DNA of 64,000 nucleotides from Nanobdellota archaeon. Its GTDB lineage: Archaea > Nanobdellota > Nanobdellia > Pacearchaeales > GW2011-AR1. The first letter of the stretch is position 1. The number at the start of each line of letters is the position of its first letter. The position numbers and the translations under genes are program-made. Below, piece by piece: positions 9,587 to 18,242 of this stretch. The stretch is from assembly GCA_024654565.1 (NCBI GenBank), contig JANLHM010000009.1, positions 25,945 through 89,944 of the forward strand, given 5' to 3'. Below the pieces are notes generated by a model. The model had not been told where the DNA came from and did no database searches. It was given only the letters and a program-made list of their open reading frames with translations.

Positions 9587-9657
9587 TGCGCGAGCCGAGA
9601 TTCGAACTCGGGTCACAACCTTGGCAAGGTTGCATTCTACCACTGAACTACTCACGC
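9587..9657 (-). tRNA. tRNA-Gly (anticodon GCC)
   Basis: Hand fold of the reverse complement GCGTGAGTAGTTCAGTGGTAGAATGCAACCTTGCCAAGGTTGTGACCCGAGTTCGAATCTCGGCTCGCGCA. All four stems pair, and the anticodon loop is TTGCCAA. Confidence 0.85.
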
Positions 9658-9729
9658 AACAAGAATACTTAATTTTCCTCATTTAAAAATTTTAGCAAAC
9701 TTTATATTGTCCTTTTTGTTTAATAAAAA

Positions 9730-10086
9730 ATGGCATTTGATTCACATGGCCTCCTGCATTTTAGCTTAAGAAAGAGGATTCATTCAAAAAGAGAAGAATA
9801 TCCAAATCCAAACAAAAAAATAAGAACTTTGGATAAAGTTGTTTATGTGGTTGGAATATTGGGTCCGTTAATGATGTTGCCACAAATTATAAAAATTTAT
9901 ACCATGAAAAGTGCAGAAGGACTCTCTTTCATTTCCTACCTCTCATTTGCAATTTTTTCCGTTATATGGGTTATTTATGGACAGGCACATAAGGAAAAAC
10001 CAATAATAATCACCCACTCTTTATGGATAATTTTTCACCTTTTGATAGTTATGGGGGTTTTAATTTACGGAAATGGATTTTGGTAA
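9730..10086 (+). CDS. PQ-loop / SemiSWEET-like 3-TM transporter
   Basis: LGPLMMLPQIIKIYTMKSAEGLS is a PQ motif, and three hydrophobic helices are present. Confidence 0.65.
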   Translation: MAFDSHGLLHFSLRKRIHSKREEYPNPNKKIRTLDKVVYVVGILGPLMMLPQIIKIYTMKSAEGLSFISYLSFAIFSVIWVIYGQAHKEKPIIITHSLWIIFHLLIVMGVLIYGNGFW

Positions 10087-10110
10087 ATTAAACATTTAGA
10101 AAAATTTTGA

Positions 10111-10935
10111 TTATAATAAAAGGTTTTCAAGTTCATTGTAATTTTTGACAAAATTTTCTCCCAAGTAATCTCTTTCATGTTTTTTTGAATAGCCATTTTC
10201 CATTTGAATCACATCATACCCTAAGTAATCCGGCAGAGCCAAATCAAGTTCATAGATGTCCCCAATAACTTTTGTATTTTTATTGGAGAAGATTCCAAGT
10301 GAAAGAAATTTCAAGATACCATAATAATTGTCTCTCCTCAACAAAACTTCCCTTTTAAAATTTGGAGGGGTGAAAGATTCAGGAACTTCATCAAAATTTG
10401 GGTTCACAAATAATTTTTTTGCATTACCTATCACCGAAATGTTACAAAAGTAATCACTTCCAAGTTCCTTTAAATAATGTTCAACTTTTCCTCTTTGAGA
10501 ATTGGTTACAAATACTAAGTTGTATTTTCTCATTGTTTTGTCAAGAAATTCTTTTGTTTTTTCTTTTCCTTCCCGGTAATGAGCATTTTGTTTTGGAATT
10601 TTTTTAAGAGTCTCTCCAAATAATCCAATAATGGTTTTTGTTTCATCTTCTACTAATAATTTTTCCCTTTTAATCATCTCTTGAGAAGTAGCCTGGGTTA
10701 AAATGTAGGGGTCTGATGAAACAGGAAGGACATCTTGGCCATTTAAAATAAATCCTTTTTTTTCATCACTTTTTAGTTCTTCCTTAATCTCATTAAAAAT
10801 TGGAAGATATTTTGACTTTTTCAATCCAAACTTTTCTAAAAATAAGATGGGGTAAATTTCCTGAAATTCTTTTGTTTCTTCTTCAATGTCTGTCAGTGTT
10901 CCGTCAAAGTCAAGCATCAGGCTGAATTCTTTCAT
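10111..10935 (-). CDS. HAD-superfamily hydrolase
   Basis: The N-terminal LMLDFDGTLTD is HAD motif I (DxDxT). VFVTNS is motif II-like, and a GD motif lies near the C-terminus. Confidence 0.7.
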   Translation of the reverse strand: MKEFSLMLDFDGTLTDIEEETKEFQEIYPILFLEKFGLKKSKYLPIFNEIKEELKSDEKKGFILNGQDVLPVSSDPYILTQATSQEMIKREKLLVEDETKTIIGLFGETLKKIPKQNAHYREGKEKTKEFLDKTMRKYNLVFVTNSQRGKVEHYLKELGSDYFCNISVIGNAKKLFVNPNFDEVPESFTPPNFKREVLLRRDNYYGILKFLSLGIFSNKNTKVIGDIYELDLALPDYLGYDVIQMENGYSKKHERDYLGENFVKNYNELENLLL

Positions 10936-11019
10936 TACATTCTTAAAAAATAATATTTTTTAAATAGACATGTCCTGTAAAGAATATATTCAAATAATAT
11001 AAAAAAAGGAAATAAAAAA

Positions 11020-11754
11020 ATGTTAATTGATGTTCATGCCCATATGGACTTCCTTCCGGAAGAAAAGTTAATTAAAACTGAAAAAAACAAAAGGATAAGG
11101 CTCGTTTTATCTAACTCAGTTAACTTGGAGTCCTGCAAAAAAAATCTTGAAATTTCAAAAAAGTTTTCAAAAATAAAACTTGTGGCAGGGCTCTACCCGG
11201 AAGACGATTTAGACCTAAAAAAGTATGAAGAGTTTGAAGAATTTGTTTTAAAAAACAAAAAAAATGTTATTGCAATTGGAGAAATTGGAATTGACAAGAC
11301 TGAAAAGCTAGAGTTTGAGCTACAGAAAAAAGTTTTTATTAAACAACTCACTCTCGCTAAAAAACTTAAGATTCCAGTCATAATTCACTCAAGAAAAAGT
11401 GAATTAGAAGCTCTTGATATACTTGAAGACTACAAAAATAAGCTAAAAATTGTCTTGCATTGTTTTTCTGGAAATTTTAGTCTTATAAGAAAAGGAATTG
11501 AAATTGGGTGTTTTTTTTCAATTCCGACAAACGTCGTAAGAAGTGAGCACTTCCAAAAAATGGTGCGTGAAGTTCCAAAAGAAAAAATATTAACTGAAAC
11601 AGATTCTCCCCATCTTTCCCCATTTAAAGAAGAAGAAAATGAACCTTCTTTCATTTCAGAGTCCATTAAAAAAATGGCCGAGATATGGAGTGTTTCCGAA
11701 GACAAAGTTGAAAAACAAATTGAAAAAAATTTTAAAGAGTGTTTTGGATTTTAA
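11020..11754 (+). CDS. tatD: TatD-family metal-dependent DNase/hydrolase
   Basis: MLIDVHAHMDF is an HxH start. GEIGID, VIIHSR, HCFSG and ETDSP motifs appear in canonical order. Confidence 0.85.
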   Translation: MLIDVHAHMDFLPEEKLIKTEKNKRIRLVLSNSVNLESCKKNLEISKKFSKIKLVAGLYPEDDLDLKKYEEFEEFVLKNKKNVIAIGEIGIDKTEKLEFELQKKVFIKQLTLAKKLKIPVIIHSRKSELEALDILEDYKNKLKIVLHCFSGNFSLIRKGIEIGCFFSIPTNVVRSEHFQKMVREVPKEKILTETDSPHLSPFKEEENEPSFISESIKKMAEIWSVSEDKVEKQIEKNFKECFGF

Positions 11755-12173
11755 TCCAAATTTTCAACTAAATAAATAGGTTCAAAATTTTTATCATTTT
11801 CCTTAATAATGTTAACCTTTTCATTTTTGAAAACGTCTTCAAGGTGTTTTAGTTTTATTCCATACAAATCAAAATAGCTTCCACTCCCCCCATAATACTT
11901 GATTACTTTTTCAGAAACTCTTTCTGAAACTCCTGCTCCAACCAATTCATAATTCGGTTCTTCACTTTTTTCAATTGGGATATCTCTCTTCTGAAAATCT
12001 TTTCTTGTTTTGTAGTTTATTTTTGAGTTTATTAAAAATTTAGAAAATATTTCTGCGTGAAGTTTTTCTGAATAAGGGGCGTGCCACAAATAGGGTTTCC
12101 CATCAAAATAAACCTGAATAACTTTAGACTTTTTGTCAGTTTTGCCCCAAATTTTTGGGAGTTCCCTTTGCAT
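11751..12173 (-). CDS. hypothetical protein (140 aa), immediately downstream of the thermosome gene
   Basis: Starts 2 nt after the thermosome stop on the same strand. No motif recognised. Confidence 0.55.
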   Translation of the reverse strand: MQRELPKIWGKTDKKSKVIQVYFDGKPYLWHAPYSEKLHAEIFSKFLINSKINYKTRKDFQKRDIPIEKSEEPNYELVGAGVSERVSEKVIKYYGGSGSYFDLYGIKLKHLEDVFKNEKVNIIKENDKNFEPIYLVENLD

Positions 12174-12174
12174 T

Positions 12175-13791
12175 TTAATTTAATCCCCCCATATAATCTG
12201 GTAGACTTCCAATGTTATTCATATTTCCTTTTCTTGACGGCTTTGACGCAATCACGTCATCAATTCTAAGTATCATTGTTGCAACGTCAGTTGCCGAGTC
12301 TATTGCTTGCAGTTTGATCTTTGAAGGTTCGACAATTCTTGAATTGAGGGCATTCTCAATTTTATTTGTGAATAAGTTTAATCCTGCATTCATGTCCCCT
12401 GAATCGTGTTTTGCTCTTAATTCAGTTAAAATGTCAATAGGGTCAAGTCCGGCATTTTCAGCGAGTGTTATTGGAATAAACTCAAGGGCATTGGCGTATT
12501 CTTCAACTGCAAGTCTTTCACGTCCAGAAAGCGTTTGTCCAAACTTTCTTAATCTTTTTGCAAGTTCCATTTCAATTGCTCCCCCTCCAGGAACAATGAG
12601 TCCAGTTTCCAATGAACTTGAAATGTCTCCAAGTCCGTCGACAAGAGCTCTTTTTATCTCATCAACAACATGGGTTGTTCCTCCGTGAACCAGAATAGTC
12701 ACGGTTTTTGGATTTTTACAACCACTTATGTAAGTCATAAGTTCTCCGCCTTTTTTTATTTCTTCAACTTTTAAAGCTTCTCCTAGACTTGAAGAATCAA
12801 TTTCATTTATGTTAGAAATTATTTTTGAACCTGTTGACTTTGCAATCATTTCCATGTCAGACTTTGCAACCCTTCTTGTTGCATATATTCCCGCTTTAGA
12901 AAGAAGATATTTGACAAAGTCATCAATTCCTTTCTGGCAAAAAATAACATTTGCTCCACTTGCAGAAATTTTTTTGACCATTTCTTTTATTGTTCTCTCT
13001 TCTTCATCAAGAAAATTTTGAAGTTCAGAGTGACTTGAAATTGAGATTTTCGTTTCAATTTCAGGACTTTTAAGCTCTATTGGAAAGTCAACAAGTAAAA
13101 TTTTCGCTCCATCTACTAATTTAGGCATATCTTTTGAAATTTTTTCCTTTTCAATTATAATTCCTCTAACTAACTCCGTGTCTTTTATCCCCTCTCCAAC
13201 AACTTTCTCAATTTTAATGTCATCAATATCAATTTTGTTGTCTGTCTCAACAAGTTTTGCAGCTTCGACTAATATTATAGAGAACCTTTCTTTTTCATCT
13301 TCAGCCCCTTTCCCAGTCATTGCAGTCATTGCAATTTGTTTTAATACTTCCAGGTTTTCAGAGTTAATTTTTAATGAAATTTCACCCAAGATTTCTTTCA
13401 CTTTTTCCTGAGCCATCCGATAACCCTTTACAATAACTGTTGGATGAATTTTCTGGTCAAGAAGCTTCTCTGCATTTTCAAGTAGTTTACCCGCAATCAT
13501 AACCGATGTAGTTGTTCCATCTCCAACCTCTTTTTCCTGAGTTCTGGCAATTTCAACCATCATTTTTGCAGCAGGGTGTTCTATCCTCATTTCTTCAAGA
13601 ATTGTAACCCCATCATTTGTAACAATTATGTCGTTCGTCGGACTAACAAGCATTTTATCCATCCCTCTTGGACCCAAAGTAGTCTTTACAATTTCAGAAA
13701 CAAGTTTTGCTGCAAGAATATTGTTTCTCTGTGCATCCCTCCCGTAAGTTCTTTCAGTTTCTTCAGACATAAGGTCAAACTTCTTATTCAT
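12175..13791 (-). CDS. ths: thermosome subunit (group II chaperonin)
   Basis: 538 aa. [25 protein letters not shown] and [11 protein letters not shown] are classic CCT/thermosome blocks. Confidence 0.95.
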   Translation of the reverse strand: MNKKFDLMSEETERTYGRDAQRNNILAAKLVSEIVKTTLGPRGMDKMLVSPTNDIIVTNDGVTILEEMRIEHPAAKMMVEIARTQEKEVGDGTTTSVMIAGKLLENAEKLLDQKIHPTVIVKGYRMAQEKVKEILGEISLKINSENLEVLKQIAMTAMTGKGAEDEKERFSIILVEAAKLVETDNKIDIDDIKIEKVVGEGIKDTELVRGIIIEKEKISKDMPKLVDGAKILLVDFPIELKSPEIETKISISSHSELQNFLDEEERTIKEMVKKISASGANVIFCQKGIDDFVKYLLSKAGIYATRRVAKSDMEMIAKSTGSKIISNINEIDSSSLGEALKVEEIKKGGELMTYISGCKNPKTVTILVHGGTTHVVDEIKRALVDGLGDISSSLETGLIVPGGGAIEMELAKRLRKFGQTLSGRERLAVEEYANALEFIPITLAENAGLDPIDILTELRAKHDSGDMNAGLNLFTNKIENALNSRIVEPSKIKLQAIDSATDVATMILRIDDVIASKPSRKGNMNNIGSLPDYMGGLN

Positions 13792-13974
13792 TAAAATTTA
13801 ATCCTATGCAGTTATTTAAAGATTGTTACAATTTTGGCAAAAAAAGTCAAGTATGGAAATTTTTTTAGATATAAGGATCTTTAATACTCAAAATGGCTGG
13901 ATTTAAACTTAAAAAAAATCTTTTTACTCTCCTGCTTTTGGTATCACTTTCTTGCGGATGTAGGGAAGACATTT

Positions 13975-14289
13975 TTGTCCCGGGAAGCCTATTCAAAAGA
14001 GCTAATAAATTTTAATATAAATCCAAAAGAAGTTCATACAAAAAACGGTAAATTTGAAATCCAGTATCAGGCGGGTGAAAGATATAAAATCAAATTTGGT
14101 TATTTGTTTATAAAACATAAGCCAGACAGTGTGATAAATTCTTTTAAAATTGATTCATACCAAAATAACCTCGTCTGGTTGACCAAAAATGGTCCAACGC
14201 AGAAGGAATATGAGAAGATTTCGGATGACCCTTTAATTGAAGTAAAACGCACAGGTAAGTTAAATTGTGAAACCTACTTGATGCAGTGA
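13975..14289 (+). CDS. hypothetical protein, likely the body of a secreted or lipobox-like protein whose signal peptide is out of frame upstream
   Basis: The track ORF starts at a TTG. An ATG at 13893 opens a 40-aa ORF MAGFKLKKNLFTLLLLVSLSCGCREDIF... in another frame. That ORF would fuse to this one by a 1-nt change in the T5 run at 13972-13976. Confidence 0.5.
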   Translation: MSREAYSKELINFNINPKEVHTKNGKFEIQYQAGERYKIKFGYLFIKHKPDSVINSFKIDSYQNNLVWLTKNGPTQKEYEKISDDPLIEVKRTGKLNCETYLMQ

Positions 14290-14345
14290 CTTGTTAAAGA
14301 TCTTGAAACAGAAGAATATTTAAAATAAAAATTCATAGTAAATTC

Positions 14346-14852
14346 ATGTCAGAGCAAGATGAGGTGTATTCAAGTAAAATTTCATATAAAGGTTTTTTTC
14401 GCTTTAAAGACCTCTATTCATTTTGTTACAATTGGCTTTCTGAAGAAGCAGGTCTTTCTGTAGATGAAGGGGAATATAGCGAGAAGATTTCAGGCCCAAT
14501 AAAAAACATTTCTTTTAAATGGACAGCTTCTAAAGAAGTGACAGATTACTTCCAGTTCGAGGTTAAACTCGATTTCAAGGTGGATGAACTTAGTGAAGTT
14601 GAAGCGAATATAGGTGGCGCTAAAGTAAAAACAAACAGTGGCGGGGTGACTATTAAAGTCAAGGCTTCTCTTGTTAGAGATTATGAAGGTAAATTTGAAA
14701 CTTCAGGAAAAATGAAACTATGGAGAGGAATTTACGAAAAGTGGATAATCTCGCAAAGAGTTTCAGAGTTTGAAGATAAGCTTGCAGGACTTGCAGATGA
14801 ATTTTTAAGTCAGGCTAAAGCTTTTTTGGATTTAGAAAGTGCAAATAAGTAG
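14346..14852 (+). CDS. hypothetical protein (168 aa)
   Basis: ORF track. An atatttaaaat box lies about 25 nt upstream. No motif recognised. Confidence 0.6.
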   Translation: MSEQDEVYSSKISYKGFFRFKDLYSFCYNWLSEEAGLSVDEGEYSEKISGPIKNISFKWTASKEVTDYFQFEVKLDFKVDELSEVEANIGGAKVKTNSGGVTIKVKASLVRDYEGKFETSGKMKLWRGIYEKWIISQRVSEFEDKLAGLADEFLSQAKAFLDLESANK

Positions 14853-14873
14853 ATTAAAAGCAACATAGAAATA

Positions 14874-14883
14874 TTTATATATA
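14874..14883 (+). promoter_or_regulatory. TATA-box-like element for the 14903 gene
   Basis: tttatatata lies 20 nt upstream of the ATG at 14903, implying a leaderless or near-leaderless mRNA. Confidence 0.45.
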
Positions 14884-14902
14884 AATTCTTACCCTTCTTT
14901 AC

Positions 14903-16291
14903 ATGAAAAAGGTGTTCTTGATTTTAGTTTTAGGATTTTTATTGTTACAACCAATTCTTGCAATTGATTTAGATATTCAAAAATTAAGTGATAAAGAAAC
15001 AATGGTAATCGGACTTGAAAATCCTGCAACGTTTAAAATAAATGTTACAAATAACGGACCAACTGAAAAATTTACATTTTATACCTTTTTTGGAATGGGA
15101 CTTGAACCAGCAGAAGCTATTGAAATAAAATCGGGGGAGTCAAAGGTTATTCAGGTTAAAATATTTCCAAGGCTTGATTCTGAACTTTCAGGATATGTCA
15201 CTTTCAAATATTATATAAGAGATAAATATAAAGAAGAAATTGAAGAAAGTTTAACTGTAAACTTAATTTATTTAAAAGACGCTTTTGAAATAGGTGCTAA
15301 TTCAATAGACCCAGAATCAAATTCTGTAAATGTGTATGTTCACAACAAGGTGAACTTTGACTTTGAAGATTTAAATGTTCGTTTCACCTCGCCATTCTTT
15401 GAAGTTGAAGAAACAGTTAGTTTAAGTCCTTATGAAAGACGGAATTTTGATTTAACTCTCGAAAGAAGTGACTTTGCAAAACTTATGGCAGGATTTTATA
15501 CTTTAACGGGTGACTTTGAAATAGAAGGGGTTTCGGGAAGAACTGAAGAAACTATAGACTTTTTAGAAAAAGATATTGTAAAAGATGAAGAAAAAAAGTT
15601 TGGATTTGTAGTTTCTACAGAGGTAATAACAAAAACAAATGAAGGGAACACTATAAGTAACACCCAGATTTCTGTTAAGAAAAACATAATTTCAAGAATG
15701 TTCACAAGTTTTTCAACAACACCCACAGTAGTAAAAAGAGATGGGTTTGGGATTACATATTTATGGGATCAAAAACTAAATCCGGGGGACTCTTTTGAAG
15801 TTGAAGTGAAAACAAATTGGTTTTTTCCAATTTTAATAATTATACTCTTGATTGCAACTGTTATCCTCGCAAGAAAATATGCTTCAACAGATTTAGTTTT
15901 AAGAAAAAGAATATCTTTTGTTAATGCGAAGGGCGGAGAATTTGCACTTAAAGTTACAATCTCAGTTGAAGCAAGAAAGTTCATAGAAAATGTAAAAGTC
16001 TTTGACAGACTTCCACCACTTGTTAAAATTTATGAAAAGTTTGGGGGAGAAATTCCTAAAAGATTTAATAAAACAAAGAAAGTATTCGAATGGGAATTCC
16101 AGACTTTGCAACCAGGTGAAAAGAGATTTCTCTCATATGTAGTTTATTCTAAAGTTGGAGTTCTTGGAAAGTTCGCGCTACCCGAAACATTCTCTACCTT
16201 TACAAGGGAAGGAAAATTAAAGGAAGTTTCATCAAATAAAGCATATTTTTTAGCTGAACAAAAAGGCAATAAAGTTGATTCTTTGTTTTAA
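14903..16291 (+). CDS. secreted/membrane-anchored surface protein (462 aa)
   Basis: N-terminal signal peptide MKKVFLILVLGFLLLQPILA, beta-rich repeats, and an internal TM helix FFPILIIILLIATVILA. Confidence 0.65.
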   Translation: MKKVFLILVLGFLLLQPILAIDLDIQKLSDKETMVIGLENPATFKINVTNNGPTEKFTFYTFFGMGLEPAEAIEIKSGESKVIQVKIFPRLDSELSGYVTFKYYIRDKYKEEIEESLTVNLIYLKDAFEIGANSIDPESNSVNVYVHNKVNFDFEDLNVRFTSPFFEVEETVSLSPYERRNFDLTLERSDFAKLMAGFYTLTGDFEIEGVSGRTEETIDFLEKDIVKDEEKKFGFVVSTEVITKTNEGNTISNTQISVKKNIISRMFTSFSTTPTVVKRDGFGITYLWDQKLNPGDSFEVEVKTNWFFPILIIILLIATVILARKYASTDLVLRKRISFVNAKGGEFALKVTISVEARKFIENVKVFDRLPPLVKIYEKFGGEIPKRFNKTKKVFEWEFQTLQPGEKRFLSYVVYSKVGVLGKFALPETFSTFTREGKLKEVSSNKAYFLAEQKGNKVDSLF

Positions 16292-16350
16292 TTCTTTTAA
16301 TTCAATCATCCAAACTTTTAAAAACAAATTCTTCATTTAATTTTTATTAA

Positions 16351-16514
16351 CCACCCATAGCTCAGTGGTTAGAGCGCCTGGCTGTAGTTTATCAATAAGT
16401 AACTAATGGGGAGAGTCCGATTCGCGGACAATCTATGAACCATGAAAAGCCGGAAATTTCCAAAAAAGGCAAGCAGTGCCCGGGAGATCCCAAGTTCGAC
16501 TCTTGGTGGGTGGA
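16351..16514 (+). tRNA. tRNA-Tyr (anticodon GUA) with a ~91-nt intron (about 16388-16478) at the canonical 37/38 position
   Basis: Hand fold. Acceptor CCACCCA/TGGGTGG with C1-G72 (the archaeal Tyr identity pair), D arm GCTC-AGTGGTTA-GAGC, and anticodon stem CCTGG/CCGGG. The anticodon loop is CT-GTA-G then the intron; the T arm is CCAAG-TTCGACT-CTTGG and the discriminator is A. Confidence 0.8.
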
Positions 16515-16519
16515 TAACT

Positions 16520-16546
16520 GCGGGGGAATTTTCCCCCGCCTTTTTC
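16520..16546 (+). terminator. GC hairpin plus T-run directly after tRNA-Tyr
   Basis: gcggggg-aatttt-cccccgc followed by cttttt. Confidence 0.35.
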
Positions 16547-16662
16547 ATTAAATTCTAATATGTTCATAACCAAGACATTTTTCAACGAAGTTGCCCAAGG
16601 TTTCGAATCCGAAAAACTTCAATGTCATTAATTACAAATGTTTTGACATTGCAGGTTTTGAG

Positions 16663-16708
16663 TTTGGGTGGATAAAAAAAGTGTGCCCTTCGGGGCACAT
16701 TTATTTTT
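16663..16708. repeat. 46-bp direct repeat, copy 1 (tRNA 3-prime-end-like box plus cUUCGg hairpin plus T-run)
   Basis: tttgggtggataaaaaaagtgtgcccttcggggcacatttattttt is identical to 18160-18205. Confidence 0.9.
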
Positions 16709-16716
16709 AAGAAATA

Positions 16717-16726
16717 TTTTTATATA
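16717..16726 (+). promoter_or_regulatory. TATA-box-like element for the 16750 gene
   Basis: ttttatataa lies 24 nt upstream of the ATG. Confidence 0.45.
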
Positions 16727-16749
16727 AGGGATGTTTATTAATTTCAATC

Positions 16750-17085
16750 ATGAAAAAAACTTCAAAAACAGTTCTGATTATAGTAGCAGTCGTTGTTATT
16801 CTTGTATTATTATATTTTTCATATAATCATTTTACTTTATCTTCCGTTTCTTTAGATGAAATGAAATATTGTGAATCCCGAGAAAATTGTGTTCCGGTAG
16901 ATTGCGGATGCAGTTGCAGTGGTTGTGGGGGATTTTCATACGAAGAAGTGGTAAACAAAAAATTTGCTTATGCTTGGTATGACCAAAAAGGATGTAGTCC
17001 GTCCCAGGTATGCCCTGAGGTTTGCTGTTCCCAAAGAACAATAGAGTGTGAAAACAATTTATGTGTGGTTAAAGAGTTGCAATAA
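16750..17085 (+). CDS. small Cys-rich secreted/anchored protein (111 aa)
   Basis: N-terminal TM/signal VLIIVAVVVILVLLYF, then 13 Cys including CGCSCSGCGG and CPEVCC. Confidence 0.6.
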   Translation: MKKTSKTVLIIVAVVVILVLLYFSYNHFTLSSVSLDEMKYCESRENCVPVDCGCSCSGCGGFSYEEVVNKKFAYAWYDQKGCSPSQVCPEVCCSQRTIECENNLCVVKELQ

Positions 17086-17145
17086 TTTTGTTCTGTCGCT
17101 GTTCACTTTTAATCGGTCTGTGGTTCGGTTTTCAAAAACAAAACA

Positions 17146-17153
17146 TTTATATA
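17146..17153 (+). promoter_or_regulatory. TATA-box-like element for the MNT-HEPN pair
   Basis: tttatata lies 24 nt upstream of the ATG at 17177. Confidence 0.45.
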
Positions 17154-17176
17154 CAAATGTAATAATATTATAACAA

Positions 17177-17701
17177 ATGTTAAAAAATTATAACAAATAC
17201 AAACTTTTGAGAGTTTTTATGGATTCTCCAAATGAAAGTTTTAGGTTAAGGGAACTCTCAAGAGCTGGAGGGATGGCCCCCTTGTCTGTATCAAATTATC
17301 TCAAGGAATTTCAAAAGGAAGGTCTTGTCAAGAAAATTGTCAAAAGAAATGTTCCCTTTTATACAGCAGAAAGGAATGATGAAAAGTTTATTCTTTATAA
17401 AAAAATCGGAATAATATATGAAATTAATGAGTCGGGATTGGTTGATTATCTCTGGGAAAATTTGTCCCCCGATGCAATAATCCTTTACGGGAGTTATGCA
17501 AAGGGTGAATCCACAGAGGACTCCGACATTGATATTTTTATCATTGGGCATGAAGAAAAGATTGATTTGAAAAAATTTGAAAAAATTTTTGGAAAGGAGA
17601 TTCACCTTATATTTCAAAAAGATCCAAAAAAAATACCAGATGAATTAAAAAATAATCTTATAAATGGAATTGTTCTAAAGGGTTATTTCAAAGCAATATG
17701 A
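17177..17701 (+). CDS. minimal nucleotidyltransferase (MNT) with N-terminal wHTH
   Basis: ILYGSYAKGESTEDSDIDIFIIG is a GS-x(n)-DxD NTase motif. The N-terminal FRLRELSRAGGMAPLSVSNYLKEFQKEGLV is wHTH-like. Confidence 0.8.
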   Translation: MLKNYNKYKLLRVFMDSPNESFRLRELSRAGGMAPLSVSNYLKEFQKEGLVKKIVKRNVPFYTAERNDEKFILYKKIGIIYEINESGLVDYLWENLSPDAIILYGSYAKGESTEDSDIDIFIIGHEEKIDLKKFEKIFGKEIHLIFQKDPKKIPDELKNNLINGIVLKGYFKAI

Positions 17702-18096
17702 TAATAAAAATAAAACCTGACAAAGAAAGAGCAAAATCAATTTTTGAACTGGCAAAACAAAGAGAGAATTATCTCCTAAATACGGATTTCTCAAATTTTC
17801 CAACTGGAAAGGCAGAAAATTATTATGAAATAATAAAAGAAATCTCAATATCTCTGCTTCTTTTTGAAGGGTTAAAAACAATCGGTGAAAATGCACATAA
17901 AGAGATTTTTGAAATTCTGCATAATAAAAAAATAATAACCGATCAAGAAAAAACAATAATTCAGGATTTGAGGGTAAAAAGAAATTACAGCATGTATGAA
18001 GGAAAGCAATTCAAGGCAATATATCTTAAAAACCATGAAACAAAAATTAAAGAGATTATCTTAAAATTAAAAAGGTTAATTGAAAAGAGATCATAG
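17698..18096 (+). CDS. HEPN-domain protein, partner of the MNT
   Basis: ATGA overlap with the MNT gene. All-helical 132 aa with an LRVKRNYSMYEG block resembling the R-x(3-4)-Y variant of PF05168-type HEPN. Confidence 0.6.
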   Translation: MIIKIKPDKERAKSIFELAKQRENYLLNTDFSNFPTGKAENYYEIIKEISISLLLFEGLKTIGENAHKEIFEILHNKKIITDQEKTIIQDLRVKRNYSMYEGKQFKAIYLKNHETKIKEIILKLKRLIEKRS

Positions 18097-18159
18097 TATT
18101 TTTTGTATTGCATTAAAATATTAAATAAAATCCTCCTCTTGAACACTTTTAATCGACTC

Positions 18160-18205
18160 TTTGGGTGGATAAAAAAAGTGTGCCCTTCGGGGCACATTTA
18201 TTTTT
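18160..18205. repeat. 46-bp direct repeat, copy 2
   Basis: Identical to 16663-16708. The upstream context tcgactctt (18153 onward) extends the similarity to the tRNA-Tyr T-loop/acceptor 3-prime strand. Confidence 0.9.
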
Positions 18206-18242
18206 TAATAAATATTATAAAGTTATTTTTCTTTTAATCTAG

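Noticed and set aside
12212-13794. Several plus-strand ORFs (12212-12688, 12809-13021, 13178-13411, 13576-13794)
   Set aside because: All lie antisense within the thermosome gene, which has unambiguous chaperonin motifs. They are shadow ORFs.
16591-16612. ggtttcgaatcc resembling a tRNA T-arm, a possible tRNA fragment between tRNA-Tyr and repeat copy 1
   Set aside because: The flanks do not form a T-stem or any other tRNA arm in my hand folding. Similarity is limited to the loop-like GTTCGAATC consensus.
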